The notes below the pieces were generated by a model. That model made no database searches, was not told the origin of the DNA, and worked only from the letters and a program-made list of their open reading frames with translations. Of a DNA stretch of 64,000 nucleotides, positions 25,801 to 41,062 are shown in pieces. Position 1 is the stretch's first letter; every line of letters begins with the position of its first letter. A program made the position numbers and the translations under genes. Location: contig OZ059895.1 of the NCBI GenBank assembly GCA_964057225.1, positions 186,001 through 250,000 on the forward strand, read 5' to 3'. This DNA is from Auanema rhodensis (lineage: Eukaryota; Animalia; Nematoda).

Positions 25801-28431
25801 TTGTCAAAATGTTTTTGGAAGCATTGTTGAGTGTACATGGAAACTCAACATACACTAATGCATCATTTTTCAAGGGATCATAACTAATTTTTGTATTAAG
25901 CGTTTCTCAATGAAGTATAGTGCATTCGATGCGGATTTTTAAGCTGCGTCGATCTGTGTTATCAGATTTGCGCTAGCTTAAAAATGCACCGAGATATCAA
26001 CTGATATAAGTTCACACTTATATCCTTGATTTTCACCCTGAAGAATTAATTTTTTCGTTGAATAACATTGTCCATCGTCTTTGCCTTGAAAAATGGAATC
26101 TAAAAACATCTACTTTTTGCTAAATTATTCTGAAATGTTTCGAAAAAATTTTTGTCAAAATGTTTTTGGAAGCAATGTTGAGTGTACATGGAAACTCAAC
26201 ATACACTAATGCATCATTTTTCAAACGATCATAACTAATTTTTGTATCAAGCGTTTCTCAATGTAGTTTAGTGCATTCGATGCGGATTTTTAAGCTGCGT
26301 CGATCTGTGTTATCAGATTTGCGCTAGCTTAAAAATGCACCGAGATATCAACTGATATAAGTTCACACTTATATCCTCGATTTTCACCCTGAAGGAATAA
26401 TTTTTTCGTTGAATAACATTGTCCATCGTCTTTGCCTTGAAAAATGGAATCTAAAAACATCTACTTTTTGCTAAATTATTTTGAAATTTTTCGAAAAAAG
26501 TTTTGTCAAAATGTTTTTGGAAGCATTGTTGAGTGTACATGGAAACTCAACATACACTAATGCATCATTTTTCAAACGATCATAACTAATTTTTGTATTA
26601 AGCGTTTCTCAATGTAGTATAGTGCATTCGATGCGGATTTTTAAGCTGCGTCGATCTGTGTTATCAGATTTGCGCTAGTTTATAAATGCACCGAGATATC
26701 AACTGATATAAGTTCACACTTATATCCTCGATTTTCACCCTGAAGAATTAATTTTTTCGTTGAATAACATTGTCCATCGTCTTTGCCTTGAAAAATGGAA
26801 TCTAAAAACATCTACTTTTTGCTAAATTATTTTGAAATTTTTCGAAAAAATTTTTGTCAAAATGTTTTTGGAAGCATTGTTGAGTGTACATGGAAACTCA
26901 ACATACACTAATGCATCATTTTTCAAGGGATCATAACTAATTTTTGTATTAAGCGTTTCTCAATGAAGTATAGTGCATTCGATGCGGATTTTTAAGCTGC
27001 GTCGATCTGTGTTATCAGATTTGCGCTAGCTTAAAAATGCACCGAGATATCAACTGATATAAGTTCACACTTATATCCTCGATTTTCACCCTGAAGGAAT
27101 AATTTTTTCGTTGAATAACATTGTCCATCGTCTTTGCCTTGAAAAATGGAATCTAAAAACATCTACTTTTTGCTAAATTATTTTGAAATTTTTCGAAAAA
27201 ATTTTTGTCAAAATGTTTTTGGAAGCATTGTTGAGTGTACATGGAAACTCAACATACACTAATGCATCATTTTTCAAACGATCATAACTAATTTTTGTAT
27301 CAAGCGTTTCTCAATGTAGTTTAGTGCATTCGATGCGGATTTTTAAGCTGCGTCGATCTGTGTTATCAGATTTGCGCTAGCTTAAAAATGCACCGCGATA
27401 TCAACTGATATAAGTTCACACTTATATCCTCGATTTTCACCCTGAAGGAATAATTTTTTCGTTGAATAACATTGTCCATCGTCTTTGCCTTGAAAAATGG
27501 AATCTAAAAACATCTACTTTTTGCTAAATTATTTTGAAATTTTTCGAAAAAATTTTTGTCAAAATGTTTTTGGAAGCAATGTTGAGTGTACATGGAAACT
27601 CAACATACACTAATGCATCATTTTTCAAACGATCATAACTAACTTTTGTATCAAGCGTTTCTCAATGTAGTGTAGTGCATTCGATGCGGATTTTTAAGCT
27701 GCGTCGATCTGTGTTATCAGATTTGCGCTAGCTTAAAAATGCACCGAGATATCAACTGATATAAGTTCACACTTATATCCTCGATTTTCACCCTGAAGAA
27801 TTAATTTTTTCGTTGAATAACATTGTCCATCGTCTTTGCCTTGAAAAAAGGAATCTAAAAACATCTACTTTTTGCTAAATTATTTTGAAATTTTTCGAAA
27901 AAATTTTTGTCAAAATGTTTTTGGAAGCATTGTTGAGTGTACATGGAAACTCAACATACACTAATGCATCATTTTTCAAACGATCATAACTAATTTTTGT
28001 ATTAAGCGTTTCTCAATGTAGTATAGTGCATTCGATGCGGATTTTTAAGCTGCGTCGATCTGTGTTATCAGATTTGCGCTAGCTTAAAAATGCACCGAGA
28101 TATCAACTGATATAAGTTCACACTTATATCCTCGATTTTCACCCTGAAGGAATAATTTTTTCGTTGAATAACATTGTCCATCGTCTTTGCCTTGAAGAAA
28201 GGAATCTAAAAACATCTACTTTTTGCTAAATTATTTTGAAATTTTTCGAAAAAATTTTTGTCAAAATGTTTTTGGAAGCAATGTTGAGTGTACATGGAAA
28301 CTCAACATACACTAATGCATCATTTTTCAAACGATCATAACTAACTTTTGTATCAAGCGTTTCTCAATGTAGTTTAGTGCATTCGATGCGGATTTTTAAG
28401 CTGCGTCGATCTGTGTTATCAGAGTTGCGCT
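21412..28431. repeat. 10-monomer tandem duplication (3510 bp x2, M62-71 vs M72-81)
   Basis: Rare alleles at 22090/25600, 22990/26500, 24686/28196 region (GAAGAAAGG) and 24914/28424 are all 3510 apart. No difference between the copies noticed by eye. Confidence 0.95.
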
Positions 28432-31400
28432 AGCTTAAAAATGCACCGAGATATCAACTGATATAAGTTCACACTTATATCCTCGATTTTCACCCTGAAG
28501 GAATAATTTTTTCGTTGAATAACATTGTCCATCGTCTTTGCCTTGAAAAATGGAATCTAAAAACATCTACTTTTTGCTAAATTATTCTGAAATGTTTCGA
28601 AAAAATTTTTGTCAAAATGTTTTTGGAAGCATTGTTGAGTGTACATGGAAACTCAACATACACTAATGCATCATTTTTCAAACGATCATAACTAACTTTT
28701 GTATCAAGCGTTTCTCAATGTAGTTTAGTGCATTCGATGCGGATTTTTAAGCTGCGTCGATCTGTGTTATCAGAGTTGCGCTAGCTTAAAAATGCACCGA
28801 GATATCAACTGATATAAGTTCACACTTATATCCTCGATTTTCACCCTGAAGGAATAATTTTTTCGTTGAATAACATTGTCCATCGTCTTTGCCTTGAAAA
28901 ATGGAATCTAAAAACATCTACTTTTCGCTAAATTATTCTGAAATGTTTCGAAAAAATTTTTGTCAAAATGTTTTTGGAAGCATTGTTGAGTGTACATGGA
29001 AACTCAACATACACTAATGCATCATTTTTCAAACGATCATAACTAACTTTTGTATCAAGCGTTTCTCAATGTAGTTTAGTGCATTCGATGCGGATTTTCA
29101 AGCTGCGTCGATCTGTGTTATCAGATTTGCGCTAGCTTAAAAATGCACCGAGATATCAACTGATATAAGTTCACACTTATATCCTCGATTTTCACCCTGA
29201 AGGAATAATTTTTTCGTTGAATAACATTGTCCATCGTCTTTGCCTTGAAAAATGGAATCTAAAAACATCTACTTTTTGCTAAATTATTTTGAAATTTTTC
29301 GAAAAAATTTTTGTCAAAATGTTTTTGGAAGCATTGTTGAGTGTACATGGAAACTCAACATAAACTAATGCATCATTTTTCAAACGATCATAACTAATTT
29401 TTGTATTAAGCGTTTCTCAATGTAGTATAGTGCATTCGATGCGGATTTTTAAGCTGCGTCGATCTGTGTTATCAGATTTGCGCTAGTTTATAAATGCACC
29501 GAGATATCAACTGATATAAGTTCACACTTATATCCTCGATTTTCACCCTGAAGAATTAATTTTTTCGTTGAATAACATTGTCCATCGTCTTTGCCTTGAA
29601 AAATGGAATCTAAAAACATCTACTTTTTGCTAAATTATTTTGAAATTTTTCGAAAAAATTTTTGTCAAAATGTTTTTGGAAGCATTGTTGAGTGTACATG
29701 GAAACTCAACATACACTAATGCATCATTTTTCAAACGATCATAACTAATTTTTGTATTAAGCGTTTCTCAATGTAGTATAGTGCATTCGATGCGGATTTT
29801 TAAGCTGCGTCGATCTGTGTTATCAGATTTGCGCTAGTTTATAAATGCACCGAGATATCAACTGATATAAGTTCACACTTATATCCTCGATTTTCACCCT
29901 GAAGGAATAATTTTTTCGTTGAATAACATTGTCCATCGTCTTTGCCTTGAAAAATGGAATCTAAAAACATCTACTTTTTGCTAAATTATTTTGAAATTTT
30001 TCGAAAAAATTTTTGTCAAAATGTTTTTGGAAGCATTGTTGAGTGTACATGGAAACTCAACATACACTAATGCATCATTTTTCAAACGATCATAACTAAT
30101 TTTTGTATCAAGCGTTTCTCAATGTAGTTTAGTGCATTCGATGCGGATTTTTAAGCTGCGTCGATCTGTGTTATCAGATTTGCGCTAGCTTAAAAATGCA
30201 CCGCGATATCAACTGATATAAGTTCACACTTATATCCTCGATTTTCACCCTGAAGGAATAATTTTTTCGTTGAATAACATTGTCCATCGTCTTTGCCTTG
30301 AAAAATGGAATCTAAAAACATCTACTTTTTGCTAAATTATTTTGAAATTTTTCGAAAAAATTTTTGTCAAAATGTTTTTGGAAGCAATGTTGAGTGTACA
30401 TGGAAACTCAACATACACTAATGCATCATTTTTCAAACGATCATAACTAATTTTTGTATCAAGCGTTTCTCAATGTAGTGTAGTGCATTCGATGCGGATT
30501 TTTAAGCTGCGTCGATCTGTGTTATCAGATTTGCGCTAGCTTAAAAATGCACCGAGATATCAACTGATATAAGTTCACACTTATATCCTCGATTTTCACC
30601 CTGAAGAATTAATTTTTTCGTTGAATAACATTGTCCATCGTCTTTGCCTTGAAAAAAGGAATCTAAAAACATCTACTTTTTGCTAAATTATTTTGAAATT
30701 TTTCGAAAAAATTTTTGTCAAAATGTTTTTGGAAGCATTGTTGAGTGTACATGGAAACTCAACATACACTAATGCATCATTTTTCAAACGATCATAACTA
30801 ATTTTTGTATTAAGCGTTTCTCAATGTAGTATAGTGCATTCGATGCGGATTTTTAAGCTGCGTCGATCTGTGTTATCAGATTTGCGCTAGCTTAAAAATG
30901 CACCGAGATATCAACTGATATAAGTTCACACTTATATCCTCGATTTTCACCCTGAAGGAATAATTTTTTCGTTGAATAACATTGTCCATCGTCTTTGCCT
31001 TGAAGAAAGGAATCTAAAAACATCTACTTTTTGCTAAATTATTTTGAAATTTTTCGAAAAAATTTTTGTCAAAATGTTTTTGGAAGCAATGTTGAGTGTA
31101 CATGGAAACTCAACATACACTAATGCATCATTTTTCAAACGATCATAACTAACTTTTGTATCAAGCGTTTCTCAATGTAGTTTAGTGCATTCGATGCGGA
31201 TTTTTAAGCTGCGTCGATCTGTGTTATCAGATTTGCGCTAGCTTAAAAATGCACCGAGATATCAACTGATATAAGTTCACACTTATATCCTCGATTTTCA
31301 CCCTGAAGGAATAATGTTTTCGTTGAATAACATTGTCCATCGTCTTTGCCTTGAAAAATGGAATCTAAAAACATCTACTTTTTGCTAAATTATTCTGAAA

Positions 31401-32993
31401 TGTTTCGAAAAAATTTTTGTCAAAATGTTTTTGGAAGCATTGTTGAGTGTACATGGAAACTCAACATACACTAATGCATCATTTTTCAAACGATCATAAC
31501 TAACTTTTGTATCAAGCGTTTCTCAATGTAGTTTAGTGCATTCGATGCGGATTTTCAAGCTGCGTCGATCTGTGTTATCAGATTTGCGCTAGCTTAAAAA
31601 TGCACCGAGATATCAACTGATATAAGTTCACACTTATATCCTCGATTTTCACCCTGAAGGAATAATTTTTTCGTTGAATAACATTGTCCATCGTCTTTGC
31701 CTTGAAAAATGGAATCTAAAAACATCTACTTTTTGCTAAATTATTTTGAAATTTTTCGAAAAAATTTTTGTCAAAATGTTTTTGGAAGCATTGTTGAGTG
31801 TACATGGAAACTCAACATACACTAATGCATCATTTTTCAAACGATCATAACTAATTTTTGTATTAAGCGTTTCTCAATGTAGTATAGTGCATTCGATGCG
31901 GATTTTTAAGCTACGTCGATCTGTGTTATCAGATTTGCGCTATTTTAAAAATGCACCGAGATATCAACTGATATAAGTTCACACTTATATCCTCGATTTT
32001 CACCCTGAAGAATTAATTTTTTTGTTGAATAACATTGTCCATCGTCTTTGCCATGAAAAATGGAATCTAAAAACATCTACTTTTTGCTAAATTATTTTGA
32101 AATTTTTCGAAAAAATTTTTGTCAAAATGTTTTTGGAAGCATTGTTGAGTGTACATGGAAACTCAACATACACTAATGCATCTTTTTCAAACGATCATAA
32201 CTAATTTTTGTATTAAGCGTTTCTCAATGTAGTATAGTGCATTCGATGCGGATTTTTAAGCTGCGTCGATCTGTGTTATCAGATTTGCGCTAGCTTAAAA
32301 ATGCACCGAGATATCAACTGATATAAGTTCACACTTATATCCTCGATTTTCACCCTGAAGGAATAATTTTTTCGTTGAATAACATTGTCCATCGTCTTTG
32401 CCTTGAAAAAAGAAATCTAAAAACATCTACTTTTTGCTAAATTATTTTGAAATTTTTCGAAAAAATTTTTGTCAAAATGTTTTTGGAAGCATTGTTGAGT
32501 GTACATGGAAACTCAACATACACTAATGCATCATTTTTCAAGGGATCATAACTAATTTTTGTATTAAGCGTTTCTCAATGAAGTATAGTGCATTCGATGC
32601 GGATTTTTAAGCTGCGTCGATCTGTGTTATCAGATTTGCGCTAGCTTAAAAATGCACCGAGATATCAACTGATATAAGTTCACACTTATATCCTTGATTT
32701 TCACCCTGAAGAATTAATTTTTTCGTTGAATAACATTGTCCATCGTCTTTGCCTTGAAAAATGGAATCTAAAAACATCTACTTTTTGCTAAATTATTCTG
32801 AAATGTTTCGAAAAAATTTTTGTCAAAATGTTTTTGGAAGCAATGTTGAGTGTACATGGAAACTCAACATACACTAATGCATCATTTTTCAAACGATCAT
32901 AACTAATTTTTGTATTAAGCGTTTCTCAATGTAGTATAGTGCATTCGATGCGGATTTTTAAGCTGCGTCGATCTGTGTTATCAGATTTGCGCT

Positions 32994-35900
32994 AGTTTAT
33001 AAATGCACCGAGATATCAACTGATATAAGTTCACACTTATATCCTCGATTTTCACCCTGAAGAATTAATTTTTTCGTTGAATAACATTGTCCATCGTCTT
33101 TGCCTTGAAAAATGGAATCTAAAAACATCTACTTTTTGCTAAATTATTTTGAAATTTTTCGAAAAAATTTTTGTCAAAATGTTTTTGGAAGCATTGTTGA
33201 GTGTACATGGAAACTCAACATACACTAATGCATCATTTTTCAAGGGATCATAACTAATTTTTGTATTAAGCGTTTCTCAATGAAGTATAGTGCATTCGAT
33301 GCGGATTTTTAAGCTGCGTCGATCTGTGTTATCAGATTTGCGCTAGCTTAAAAATGCACCGAGATATCAACTGATATAAGTTCACACTTATATCCTTGAT
33401 TTTCACCCTGAAGAATTAATTTTTTCGTTGAATAACATTGTCCATCGTCTTTGCCTTGAAAAATGGAATCTAAAAACATCTACTTTTTGCTAAATTATTC
33501 TGAAATGTTTCGAAAAAATTTTTGTCAAAATGTTTTTGGAAGCAATGTTGAGTGTACATGGAAACTCAACATACACTAATGCATCATTTTTCAAACGATC
33601 ATAACTAATTTTTGTATCAAGCGTTTCTCGATGTAGTTTAGTGCATTCGATGCGGATTTTTAAGCTGCGTCGATCTGTGTTATCAGATTTGCGCTAGCTT
33701 AAAAATGCACCGAGATATCAACTGATATAAGTTCACACTTATATCCTCGATTTTCACCCTGAAGGAATAATTTTTTCGTTGAATAACATTGTCCATCGTC
33801 TTTGCCTTGAAAAATGGAATCTAAAAACATCTACTTTTTGCTAAATTATTTTGAAATTTTTCGAAAAAATTTTTGTCAAAATGTTTTTGGAAGCATTGTT
33901 GAGTGTACATGGAAACTCAACATACACTAATGCATCTTTTTCAAACGATCATAACTAATTTTTGTATTAAGCGTTTCTCAATGTAGTATAGTGCATTCGA
34001 TGCGGATTTTTAAGCTGCGTCGATCTGTGTTATCAGATTTGCGCTAGCTTAAAAATGCACCGAGATATCAACTGATATAAGTTCACACTTATATCCTCGA
34101 TTTTCACCCTGAAGGAATAATTTTTTCGTTGAATAACATTGTCCATCGTCTTTGCCTTGAAGAAAGGAATCTAAAAACATCTACTTTTTGCTAAATTATT
34201 TTGAAATTTTTCGAAAAAATTTTTGTCAAAATGTTTTTGGAAGCATTGTTGAGTGTACATGGAAACTCAACATACACTAATGCATCATTTTTCAAACGAT
34301 CATAACTAATTTTTGTATTAAGCGTTTCTCAATGTAGTATAGTGCATTCGATGCGAATTTTTAAGCTACGTCGATCTGTGTTATCAGATTTGCGCTAGTT
34401 TAAAAATGCACCGAGATATCAACTGATATAAGTTCACACTTATATCCTCGATTTTCACCCTGAAGAATTAATTTTTTCGTTGAATAACATTGTCCATCGT
34501 CTTTGCCATGAAAAATGGAATCTAAAAACATCTACTTTTTGCTAAATTATTTTGAAATTTTTCGAAAAAATTTTTGTCAAAATGTTTTTGGAAGCATTGT
34601 TGAGTGTACATGGAAACTCAACATACACTAATGCATCTTTTTCAAACGATCATAACTAATTTTTGTATTAAGCGTTTCTCAATGTAGTATAGTGCATTCG
34701 ATGCGGATTTTTAAGCTGCGTCGATCTGTGTTATCAGATTTGCGCTAGCTTAAAAATGCACCGAGATATCAACTGATATAAGTTCACACTTATATCCTCG
34801 ATTTTCACCCTGAAGGAATGATTTTTTCGTTGAATAACATTGTCCATCGTCTTTGCCTTGAAAAATGGAATCTAAAAACATCTACTTTTTGCTAAATTAT
34901 TTTGAAATTTTTCGAAAAAATTTTTGTCAAAATGTTTTTGGAAGCATTGTTGAGTGTACATGGAAACTCAACATACACTAATGCATCATTTTTCAAGGGA
35001 TCATAACTAATTTTTGTATTAAGCGTTTCTCAATGAAGTATAGTGCATTCGATGCGGATTTTTAAGCTGCGTCGATCTGTGTTATCAGATTTGCGCTAGC
35101 TTAAAAATGCACCGAGATATCAACTGATATAAGTTCACACTTATATCCTTGATTTTCACCCTGAAGAATTAATTTTTTCGTTGAATAACATTGTCCATCG
35201 TCTTTGCCTTGAAAAATGGAATCTAAAAACATCTACTTTTTGCTAAATTATTCTGAAATGTTTCGAAAAAATTTTTGTCAAAATGTTTTTGGAAGCAATG
35301 TTGAGTGTACATGGAAACTCAACATACACTAATGCATCATTTTTCAAACGATCATAACTAATTTTTGTATCAAGCGTTTCTCGATGTAGTTTAGTGCATT
35401 CGATGCGGATTTTTAAGCTGCGTCGATCTGTGTTATCAGATTTGCGCTAGCTTAAAAATGCACCGAGATATCAACTGATATAAGTTCACACTTATATCCT
35501 CGATTTTCACCCTGAAGGAATAATTTTTTCGTTGAATAACATTGTCCATCGTCTTTGCCTTGAAAAATGGAATCTAAAAACATCTACTTTTTGCTAAATT
35601 ATTTTGAAATTTTTCGAAAAAATTTTTGTCAAAATGTTTTTGGAAGCATTGTTGAGTGTACATGGAAACTCAACATACACTAATGCATCTTTTTCAAACG
35701 ATCATAACTAATTTTTGTATTAAGCGTTTCTCAATGTAGTATAGTGCATTCGATGCGGATTTTTAAGCTGCGTCGATCTGTGTTATCAGATTTGCGCTAG
35801 CTTAAAAATGCACCGAGATATCAACTGATATAAGTTCACACTTATATCCTCGATTTTCACCCTGAAGGAATAATTTTTTCGTTGAATAACACTGTCCATC

Positions 35901-38900
35901 GTCTTTGCCTTGAAGAAAGGAATCTAAAAACATCTACTTTTTGCTAAATTATTTTGAAATTTTTCGAAAAAATTTTTGTCAAAATGTTTTTGGAAGCATT
36001 GTTGAGTGTACATGGAAACTCAACATACACTAATGCATCATTTTTCAAACGATCATAACTAATTTTTGTATTAAGCGTTTCTCAATGTAGTATAGTGCAT
36101 TCGATGCGGATTTTTAAGCTGCGTCGATCTTTGTTATCAGATTTGCGCTAGCTTAAAAATGCACCGAGATATCAACTGATATAAGTTCACACTTATATCC
36201 TCGATTTTCACCCTGAAGGAATAATTTTTTCGTTGAATAACATTGTCCATCGTCTTTGCCTTGAAAAATGAAATCTAAAAACATCTACTTTTTGTTAAAT
36301 TATTTTGAAATTTTTCGAAAAAATTTTTGTCAAAATGTTTTTGGAAGCATTGTTGAGTGTACATGGAAACTCAACATACACTAATGCATCATTTTTCAAA
36401 CGATCATAACTAATTTTTGTATCAAGCGTTTCTCAATGTAGTTTAGTGCATTCGATGCGGATTTTTAAGCTGCGTCGATCTGTGTTATCAGATTTGCGCT
36501 AGCTTAAAAATGCACCGAGATATCAACTGATTTAAGTTCACACTTATATCCTCGATTTTCACCCTGAAGGAATAATTTTTTCGTTGAATAACATTGTCCA
36601 TCGTCTTTGCCTTGAAAAATGGAATCTAAAAACATCTACTTTTTGCTAAATTATTCTGAAATGTTTCGAAAAAATTTTTGTCAAAATGTTTTTGGAAGCA
36701 TTGTTGAGTGTACATGGAAACTCAACATACACTAATGCATCATTTTTCAAACGATCATAACTAATTTTTGTATCAAGCGTTTCTCAATGTAGTTTAGTGC
36801 ATTCGATGCGGATTTTTAAGCTGCGTCGATCTGTGTTATCAGATTTGCGCTAGCTTAAAAATGCACCGAGATATCAACTGATATAAGTTCACACTTATAT
36901 CCTCGATTTTCACCCTGAAGGAATAATTTTTTCGTTGAATAACATTGTCCATCGTCTTTGCCTTGAAAAATGGAATCTAAAAACATCTACTTTTTGCTAA
37001 ATTATTTTGAAATTTTTCGAAAAAATTTTTGTCAAAATGTTTTTGGAAGCATTGTTGAGTGTACATGGAAACTCAACATACACTAATGCATCATTTTTCA
37101 AACGATCATAACTAATTTTTGTATCAAGCGTTTCTCAATGTAGTTTAGTGCATTCGATGCGGATTTTTAAGCTGCGTCGATCTGTGTTATCAGATTTGCG
37201 CTAGTTTATAAATGCACCGAGATATCAACTGATATAAGTTCACACTTATATCCTCGATTTTCACCCTGAAGGAATAATTTTTTCGTTGAATAACATTGTC
37301 CATCGTCTTTGCCTTGAAAAATGGAATCTAAAAACATCTACTTTTTGCTAAATTATTTTGAAATTTTTCGAAAAAATTTTTGTCAAAATGTTTTTGGAAG
37401 CATTGTTGAGTGTACATGGAAACTCAACATACACTAATGCATCTTTTTCAAACGATCATAACTAATTTTTGTATTAAGCGTTTCTCAATGTAGTATAGTG
37501 CATTCGATGCGGATTTTTAAGCTGCGTCGATCTGTGTTATCAGATTTGCGCTAGCTTAAAAATGCACCGAGATATCAACTGATATAAGTTCACACTTATA
37601 TCCTCGATTTTCACCCTGAAGGAATAATTTTTTCGTTGAATAACATTGTCCATCGTCTTTGCCTTGAAGAAAGGAATCTAAAAACATCTACTTTTTGCTA
37701 AATTATTTTGAAATTTTTCGAAAAAATTTTTGTCAAAATGTTTTTGGAAGCATTGTTGAGTGTACATGGAAACTCAACATACACTAATGCATCATTTTTC
37801 AAACGATCATAACTAATTTTTGTATTAAGCGTTTCTCAATGTAGTATAGTGCATTCGATGCGGATTTTTAAGCTGCGTCGATCTGTGTTATCAGATTTGC
37901 GCTAGCTTAAAAATGCACCGAGATATCAACTGATATAAGTTCACACTTATATCCTCGATTTTCACCCTGAAGGAATAATTTTTTCGTTGAATAACATTGT
38001 CCATCGTCTTTGCCTTGAAAAATGGAATCTAAAAACATCTACTTTTTGCTAAATTATTTTGAAATTTTTCGAAAAAATTTTTGTCAAAATGTTTTTGGAA
38101 GCATTGTTGAGTGTACATGGAAACTCAACATACACTAATGCATCATTTTTCAAACGATCATAACTAATTTTTGTATCAAGCGTTTCTCAATGTAGTTTAG
38201 TGCATTCGATGCGGATTTTTAAGCTGCGTCGATCTGTGTTATCAGATTTGCGCTAGCTTAAAAATGCACCGAGATATCAACTGATATAAGTTCACACTTA
38301 TATCCTCGATTTTCACCCTGAAGGAATAATTTTTTCGTTGAATAACATTGTCCATCGTCTTTGCCTTGAAAAATGGAATCTAAAAACATCTACTTTTTGC
38401 TAAATTATTCTGAAATGTTTCGAAAAAATTTTTGTCAAAATGTTTTTGGAAGCATTGTTGAGTGTACATGGAAACTCAACATACACTAATGCATCATTTT
38501 TCAAACGATCATAACTAATTTTTGTATCAAGCGTTTCTCAATGTAGTTTAGTGCATTCGATGCGGATTTTTAAGCTGCGTCGATCTGTGTTATCAGATTT
38601 GCGCTAGCTTAAAAATGCACCGAGATATCAACTGATATAAGTTCACACTTATATCCTCGATTTTCACCCTGAAGGAATAATTTTTTCGTTGAATAACATT
38701 GTCCATCGTCTTTGCCTTGAAAAATGGAATCTAAAAACATCTACTTTTTGCTAAATTATTTTGAAATTTTTCGAAAAAATTTTTGTCAAAATGTTTTTGG
38801 AAGCATTGTTGAGTGTACATGGAAACTCAACATACACTAATGCATCATTTTTCAAACGATCATAACTAATTTTTGTATTAAGCGTTTCTCAATGTAGTAT

Positions 38901-38956
38901 AGTGCATTCGATGCGGATTTTTAAGCTGCGTCGATCTGTGTTATCAGATTTGCGCT
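32994..38956. repeat. Ladder of ~5-monomer duplications (1753-1754 bp) marked by the 1-bp deletion
   Basis: Deletion + GAAGAAAGG monomer pairs at ~33937, ~35690 and ~37444. M95-98 matches M100-103, and M102-106 matches M107-111. Confidence 0.8.
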
Positions 38957-41062
38957 AGTTTATAAATGCACCGAGATATCAACTGATATAAGTTCACACT
39001 TATATCCTCGATTTTCACCCTGAAGGAATAATTTTTTCGTTGAATAACATTGTCCATTGTCTTTGCCTTGAAAAATGGAATCTAAAAACATCTACTTTTT
39101 GCTAAATTATTTTGAAATTTTTCGAAAAAATTTTTGTCAAAATGTTTTTGGAAGCATTGTTGAGTGTACATGGAAACTCAACATACACTAATGCATCATT
39201 TTTCAAACGATCATAACTAATTTTTGTATTAAGCGTTTCTCAATGTAGTATAGTGCATTCGATGCGGATTTTTAAGCTGCGTCGATCTGTGTTATCAGAT
39301 TTGCGCTAGCTTAAAAATGCACCGAGATATCAACTGATATAAGTTCACACTTATATCCTCGATTTTCACCCTGAAGGAATAATTTTTTCGTTGAATAACA
39401 TTGTCCATCGTCTTTGCCTTGAAAAAAGGAATCTAAAAACATCTACTTTTTGCTAAATTATTTTGAAATTTTTCGAAAAAATTTTTGTCAAAATGTTTTT
39501 GGAAGCATTGTTGAGTGTACATGGAAACTCAACATACACTAATGCATCATTTTTCAAACGATCATAACTAATTTTTGTATTAAGCGTTTCTCGATGTAGT
39601 ATAGTGCATTCGATGCGGATTTTTAAGCTGCGTCGATCTGTGTTATCAGATTTGCGCTAACTTAAAAATGCACCGAGATATCAACTGATATAAGTTCACA
39701 CTTATATCCTCGATTTTCACCCTGAAGGAATAATTTTTTCGTTGAATAACATTGTCCATCGTCTTTGCCTTGAAAAAAGAAATCTAAAAACATCTACTTT
39801 TTGCTAAATTATTTTGAAATTTTTCGAAAAAATTTTTGTCAAAATGTTTTTGGAAGCAATGTTGAGTGTACATGGAAACTCAACATACACTAATGCATCA
39901 TTTTTCAAACGATCATAACTAATTTTTGTATTAAGCGTTTCTCAATGTAGTATAGTGCATTCGATGCGGATTTTTAAGCTGCGTCGATCTGTGTTATCAG
40001 ATTTGCGCTAGCTTGAAAATGCACCGAGATATCAACTGATATAAGTTCACACTTATATCCTCGATTTTCACCCTGAAGGAATAATTTTTTCGTTGAATAA
40101 CATTGTCCATCGTCTTTGCCTTGAAAAAAGGAATCTAAAAACATCTACTTTTTGCTAAATTATTTTGAAATTTTTCGAAAAAATTTTTGTCAAAATGTTT
40201 TTGGAAGCAATGTTGAGTGTACATGGAAACTCAACATACACTAATGCATCATTTTTCAAACGATCATAACTAATTTTTGTATTAAGCGTTTCTCAATGTA
40301 GTATAGTGCATTCGATGCGGATTTTTAAGCTGCGTCGATCTGTGTTATCAGATTTGCGCTAGCTTAAAAATGCACCGAGATATCAACTGATATAAGTTCA
40401 CACTTATATCCTCGATTTTCACCCTGAAGGAATAATTTTTTCGTTGAATAACATTGTCCATCGTCTTTGCCTTGAAAAATGGAATCTAAAAACATCTACT
40501 TTTTGCTAAATTATTTTGAAATTTTTCGAAAAAATTTTTGTCAAAATGTTTTTGGAAGCATTGTTGAGTGTACATGGAAACTCAACATACACTAATGCAT
40601 CATTTTTCAAACGATCATAACTAATTTTTGTATTAAGCGTTTCTCAATGTAGTATAGTGCATTCGATGCGGATTTTTAAGCTGCGTCGATCTGTGTTATC
40701 AGATTTGCGCTAGTTTATAAATGCACCGAGATATCAACTGATATAAGTTCACACTTATATCCTCGATTTTCACCCTGAAGGAATAATTTTTTCGTTGAAT
40801 AACATTGTCCATTGTCTTTGCCTTGAAAAATGGAATCTAAAAACATCTACTTTTTGCTAAATTATTTTGAAATTTTTCGAAAAAATTTTTGTCAAAATGT
40901 TTTTGGAAGCATTGTTGAGTGTACATGGAAACTCAACATACACTAATGCATCATTTTTCAAACGATCATAACTAATTTTTGTATTAAGCGTTTCTCAATG
41001 TAGTATAGTGCATTCGATGCGGATTTTTAAGCTGCGTCGATCTGTGTTATCAGATTTGCGCT

